This document shows, piece after piece, positions 59,215 to 64,000 of a stretch of DNA of 64,000 nt (its first letter is position 1; each line of letters opens with the position of its first letter). The position numbers were made by a program, and so were the translations under genes. The stretch is from NCBI RefSeq assembly GCF_002113885.1, contig NW_018408880.1, forward strand, positions 1,728,966 to 1,792,965, written 5' to 3'. Source of the stretch: Mizuhopecten yessoensis (taxonomy: Eukaryota). Under the pieces are notes generated by a model. It saw nothing but the letters and a program-made list of their open reading frames with translations. It had not been told where the DNA came from and did not search any database.

Positions 59215-62200
59215 CATGGTAGGGGTAAGACGATGGAGTGTAAAGGGTACAGGCTACATGATCGAGGTTAAAGGTAGAGGGGTAGAGGGCTGAGGGTAGA
59301 GAGTATATTATAAGGAAGGGGTAGACAGTAAAGGGTATGGGTAAAGAGTAAATGGGTACAAGGTAGAGAGTAGGGTTTACAAGGTAAATAGTAGGAGGTA
59401 CAAGGTAGAGAGTTGGGATACAAGACAGAGAGTAGGGTTACACGATAGAGAGTAGGGGGTACAATGTAGAGAGTAAGGGTGACAAGGTAGAGAGGAGGGG
59501 GTAGAAGGTAGAGAGTAGGGGTTACAAGGTAGAGTGTAGGGGTTACAAGGTAGAGAGTAAGGGTACAAGGGAAAGGGTAGGGGTCACAAGGGAAACGGTA
59601 GGGGGTACAAGGTAGAGAGTAGGGGGAAGGTAGACAGTAAGAATGACAAGGCAGAGAGGAGGGGTACAAGATAGAGAGTAGGAGTACAAGGTAGAGAGTA
59701 TGGATACAAGGTAGAGATTAGGGGGTACAAGATAGAAAGTAGGGGTATAATTCAGAGAGTAGGGGTACAAAACAGAGAGAAAAGGTACAAGGTAAATAGT
59801 AAGGGAACAAGGTAGAGAGTAGGGTTACCAGATAGAGAGTAGGGGTACAAGGTAGAGAGAAGAGGTACAAGGTAGAGAGTAATGGTACAAGAAAGAGAGT
59901 AGGGGTAGAGGTAGAGAGTAAGAGTGACACGGTAGATAGTAGGGGTACAAGGTAGAGCGTCGGGGGTATAAGGTAGAGAATATGGCGTATAAGGTAGAGA
60001 GTAGGGATGACAAGGTAGAGAGTTGGAGTAAAAGGTAGAGAGTAGGGGTACAAGGTAGAGAGAAGGAATGACAAGGTAGAGAGTAGGGGGTATAAGGTAG
60101 ACAATTAGGATGACAAGGTAGAAAGTAGGAGTACAAGGTAGAGAGAAGGGATACAAGGTAGAGAGTAGTGGAACAAGGAAGAGAGAAGGGGGAACGAGGT
60201 AGAAAGTAGGGGTGACAAGGTAGAGAGTAAAGGTGACAAGGTAGAGAGTAGGGGTACAAGGTAGAGAGTATGGATATAAGGTAGAGAGTAGTGGTAAAAG
60301 GTAGAGAGTAGTGGAACAAGGTAGAGAGTAGGGGGTACGAGGTAGAGATAAGGGGTACAAGGCAGAGAGTGGGAGGTATAAGGTAGAGATTAGGGAATAC
60401 AAGGTAGAGATAAAGGATACAAGGAAGAGAGTATGGAGTACAAGGTAGAGAATAGGATACAAGGAAGAGAGTAGGGAGTAGAAGGTAGAGAGTAGGGTAT
60501 ATGGTAGACATTATAGGAACAAGGTAGAGTGTAGGGGGTACAAGGTAGAGAGTAGAGGGAATAAGGTAGACAGTAAGGATGACAAGGTAGAGAGGAGGGG
60601 TACAAGATAGAGAGTAGGAGTACAAGGTAGAGAGTATGGATACAAGGTAGAGATTAGGGGGTACAAGATAGAAAGTAGGGGTTTAATTCAGAGAATAGGG
60701 GTACAAAGCAGAGAGAAATGGTACAAAGTAGAGAGTAAGGGTACAAGGTAGAGAGTAGTGGAACAAGGAAGAGAGTATGAGTTATAAGGTCGATAGTAAG
60801 GTTGCAGGGAAGACAGTAATGGTGACAAGGTAGAGAGTAGGGGTACAAGGTAGAGAGTAGGGGGTACAAGGTAGAGTGTAAGGGTACAGGGAAGACAGTA
60901 GGGGTACAAGGTTGAGAGTAAGAGTGACATGGTTGATAGTAAAGGTACAAGGTAGAGGGGTAGGGATACAAGGTAGAGAGTAGGGGTTACAACGTAAAGA
61001 GTTGGAGCAAAAGGTAGAGAGTAGGGGTAACAAAGTAGAGAGAAGGAGTACAAGGTAGAAAGTAGGGGTGACCAGGTAGAAAGTAAGGGTGACAAGGTAG
61101 AGAGTAGAGGTACAAGGTAGAGAGTATGGGTATAAGGTAGAGAGTAGTGGTAAAAGGTAGAGAGTAGTGGAACAAGGTAGAGAGTAGGGGTACAAGGCAG
61201 ATAGTGGAAGGTATAAGGTAGATAGATGAGGTTCAAGGTAGAGAGTAGGGGTACAAGATAGAGAGAAGATGTAAAAGGTACAGAGTATTACAAGGAAGAG
61301 AGTAGGGAATACAAGGTAGAGAGTAAGGGTACAAGGAAGAGAGTATGGAGTACAAGATAGAGAATAGGGTACAATGAAGAGAGTAGGGAGTACAAGTTAG
61401 AATATAAGAGGTACAAGGAAGAGAGAAGGGGGTATAAGGTATAGAGAAGGGGGTATAAGGTAGAGAGTAAGGGGTACAAGGTAGAGAGTAATTGAACAAG
61501 GTAGAGAATAGGGGGTACGAGGTAAGGAGTAGGGGTGCAAGGTAGATTGTAGGGGGTATAAGGTAGAGGGACAGGGGTACAAGGTAGAGAGTAGGGGTTA
61601 CAACGTAAAGAGTTGGAGCAAAAGATAGAGAGTAGAGGTAACAAAGTAGAGAGAAGGAGTACAAGGTAGAAAGTAGGGGTTACAAGGCTAGAGAGTAGGG
61701 TTACAAAGTAGAGAATATGGGTATAAGGTAGAGAGTAGGGGTATAAGGTAGAGAGTAGGGGTATAAGGTAGAGAGAAGGGGGTATAAGGTAAAGAGTAGT
61801 GGAACAAGGTAGAGAATAGGGTGTACGAGGTAGGTGGTTGGGTGTACAAGATAGAGATGAGGGGTACAAGGCAGAGAGTAGGAGGTGTAAGTTAGATAGA
61901 AGAGGTACAAGGTAGAGAGTATAGGGGGTACAAGGAAGAGAGTAAGGGTGACAAGGTAGAGAGTAGGGGTACACGGTAGAGAGTAAGGTTGCGAGGAAGA
62001 GAGTAGGGGGTACAAGGTAGAGAGTAAGGATGACAAGGTAGAGAGTAGGGGTACAAGGTAGCGGGAAGAGGTAAAAGGTACAACGTAAGGGTACAAGGAA
62101 GAAAGTAGGGGGTACAAGGTAGAGAGTAAGAGTGACACGGTTGATAGTAAAGGTACAAGGTAGAAAGTAGGGGTTACAACATAAAGAGTTGGAGCAAAAG

Positions 62201-64000
62201 GTAGAGAGTAGGGGTAACAAAGTAGGGAGAATGAGTACAAGGTAGAAAGTAGGGGTGACAAGGTAGAGAGTAAGGGTGACAAGGTAGAGAGTAGGGGTAC
62301 AAGGTAGAGAGTAGGGGTACAAGGTAGAGAGTATGGGTATAAGGTAGAGAGAAGGAGGTATAAGGTAGAGAGTAGTGGAACAAGGAAGAGAGTATGGGGT
62401 ACGAGGTAGGGAGTAGGAGTGAAAGGTAGAGAGCAGGGGGTACAAGATAGAGTGTAGGGTGACAAGGTAGAGAGTAGGAGTTATAAGGTAGAGAGTAGAG
62501 GTACAAGGTCGAGAGTAAGGTTGCAGGGAAGACAGTAATGGTGACAAGGGAGAGAGCAGGGGTACAAGGTAGAGAGTAGGGGTACAAGGTAGAGAGTAAG
62601 GGTACAAGGAAGAGAGTAAGGGGTTCAAGGTAGAGAGAAAGGGTACAAGGAAGAGAATAGGGTGTTCAAGGTAGAGAGTAAGAGGGACAAGGTAGATTGT
62701 AGGGGGTATAAGGTAGAGAGTAATGGAACAAGGAAGAGAGTATGAGTTATAAGGTCGATAGTAAGGTTGCAGGGAAGACAGTAATGGTGACAAGGTAGAG
62801 AGTAGGGGGTACAAGGTAGAGAGAAGAGGAACAAGGTAGAGTGTAAGGGTACAAGGAAGACAGTAGGGGTACAAGGTAGAGAGAAGGGGGTATAAGGTAA
62901 AGAGTAGTGAAACAAGGTAGAGAGCAGGGGGTACGAGGTAGAGATTAGGGGTACAAGGTAGAGAGTAAGAGGGACAAGGTAGATAGTAGGAGTATAAGGT
63001 AAAAGGAAGAGGTACAAAGTAGCGAGTAAGGGGTTCAAGGTAGAGAGTAAGGGTACAAGGAAGAGAGTAAGGGGTTCAAGGTAGAGAGTAAGGGTACAAG
63101 AAAGAGAGTAAGGGGTTCAAGGTAGAGAGGAAGGGTACAAGGAAGAAGAGAGTAGGGGAATAAGGTAGAGAGCAGGGGGTACAAGATAGAGTGTAGGATG
63201 ACAAGGTAGAGAGTTGGAATAAAAAGTAGATAGTAGGGGTACAAGGTTTAGAGTATGGGAATAAGGTAGAGAGTAGGGGTGACCAGGTAGAGAGTAGGGG
63301 TACGAGATGTACAAGGTAGAGAGTAGGGGGTACAAGGTAGAGTGTAAGGGTACAAGGAAGACAGTAGGGGGTTCAAGGTAGAGAGTAGGGGTACAAGGAA
63401 GATAGTAAGGGTGACAAGGTAGAGAGGTAGGGGTATAAGGTAGAGAGAAGGGGGTATAAGGTAGAGAGTAGTGGAACAAGGTAGAGAGTAGGGGTACAAG
63501 GTAGAAAGTAGGGGTTACAACGTATAAAGTTGGAGTAAAAGGTAGAGAGTAGTGGGTACAACGGAGAGAGTAAGGGTGACAAGGTAGAGAGTAAGGGGTA
63601 TAAGGCAGAGAGAAGGGGTACAAGGAAGAGAGTAAGGTTGCAAAGAGGAGAGTAGGGAGTACAAGGTAGAGAGTAGGGGTACAAGGTAGAGAGTAGAGAT
63701 GACAAGGTAGAGAGTTGGAATAAAAAGTAGATAGTAGGGGTACAAGGTTTAGAGTATGGGTATAAGGTAGAGAGAAGGGGGTATAAGGTAGAGAGCAGGG
63801 GGTACAAGATAGAGTGTAGGGTGACAAGGTAGATAGTTGGAATAAAATGTAGATAGTAGGGGTACAAGGTAGGGTGTAAGAGTTACAAGGTATAGAGTAA
63901 GAGGGACAAGGTAGATAGTTGGAATAAAATGTAGATAGTAGGGGGTACAAGGTAGAGAGTATGGGTATAAGGTAGAGAGCAGGGGGTACAAGATAGAGTG
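59215..64000 (+). repeat. Purine-rich ~21-bp degenerate satellite (GGGGTACAAGGTAGAGAGTA), runs off the right edge
   Basis: About 200 or more ACAAGGTAGAGAGTA-type units with higher-order duplications; almost no C on the plus strand. Confidence 0.95.

Noticed and set aside
56699-63991. Dozens of long Pro/Tyr/Leu/Cys-rich ORFs (up to 528 aa)
   Set aside because: They arise in several overlapping frames from stop-poor satellite strands; no domain or splice support.

Overview
AT-rich eukaryotic (animal) genomic DNA with spliceosomal GT-AG introns; the repeat landscape suggests a bivalve mollusc (inference). Five protein-coding genes were reconstructed by hand. (1) EBAG9/RCAS1, minus strand, 4 coding exons, 211 aa. 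(2) Head-to-head with it, an LKAAEAR1-like gene, plus strand, 7 small exons, 174 aa, almost invisible in the ORF track. (3) A quick-to-court-like coiled-coil/GRIP-like protein, plus strand, 3 coding exons, 454 aa, carrying a syntabulin/syntaphilin-like motif. (4) A 617-aa C2H2 zinc-finger factor with an Ikaros/Hunchback/TRPS1-type C-terminal finger pair, minus strand. (5) A polypeptide GalNAc-transferase with an intronless CDS and Y-subfamily-like signatures, minus strand. The rest is MITEs (including about 11 copies of two related TTAA-flanked ~90-bp families), Helentron/HINE-like elements with internal tandem arrays, tRNA-derived SINE remnants, minisatellites and a >7-kb strand-switching purine/pyrimidine satellite at the right end. 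The best leads are a possible qtc-syntabulin homology supported by linkage to EBAG9, the W-retaining Y-subfamily-like GalNAc-T, the unassigned Ikaros-type zinc finger and a perfect alternating DR5/DR2 AGGTCA array. Family comparisons are from remembered sequences and need database confirmation.
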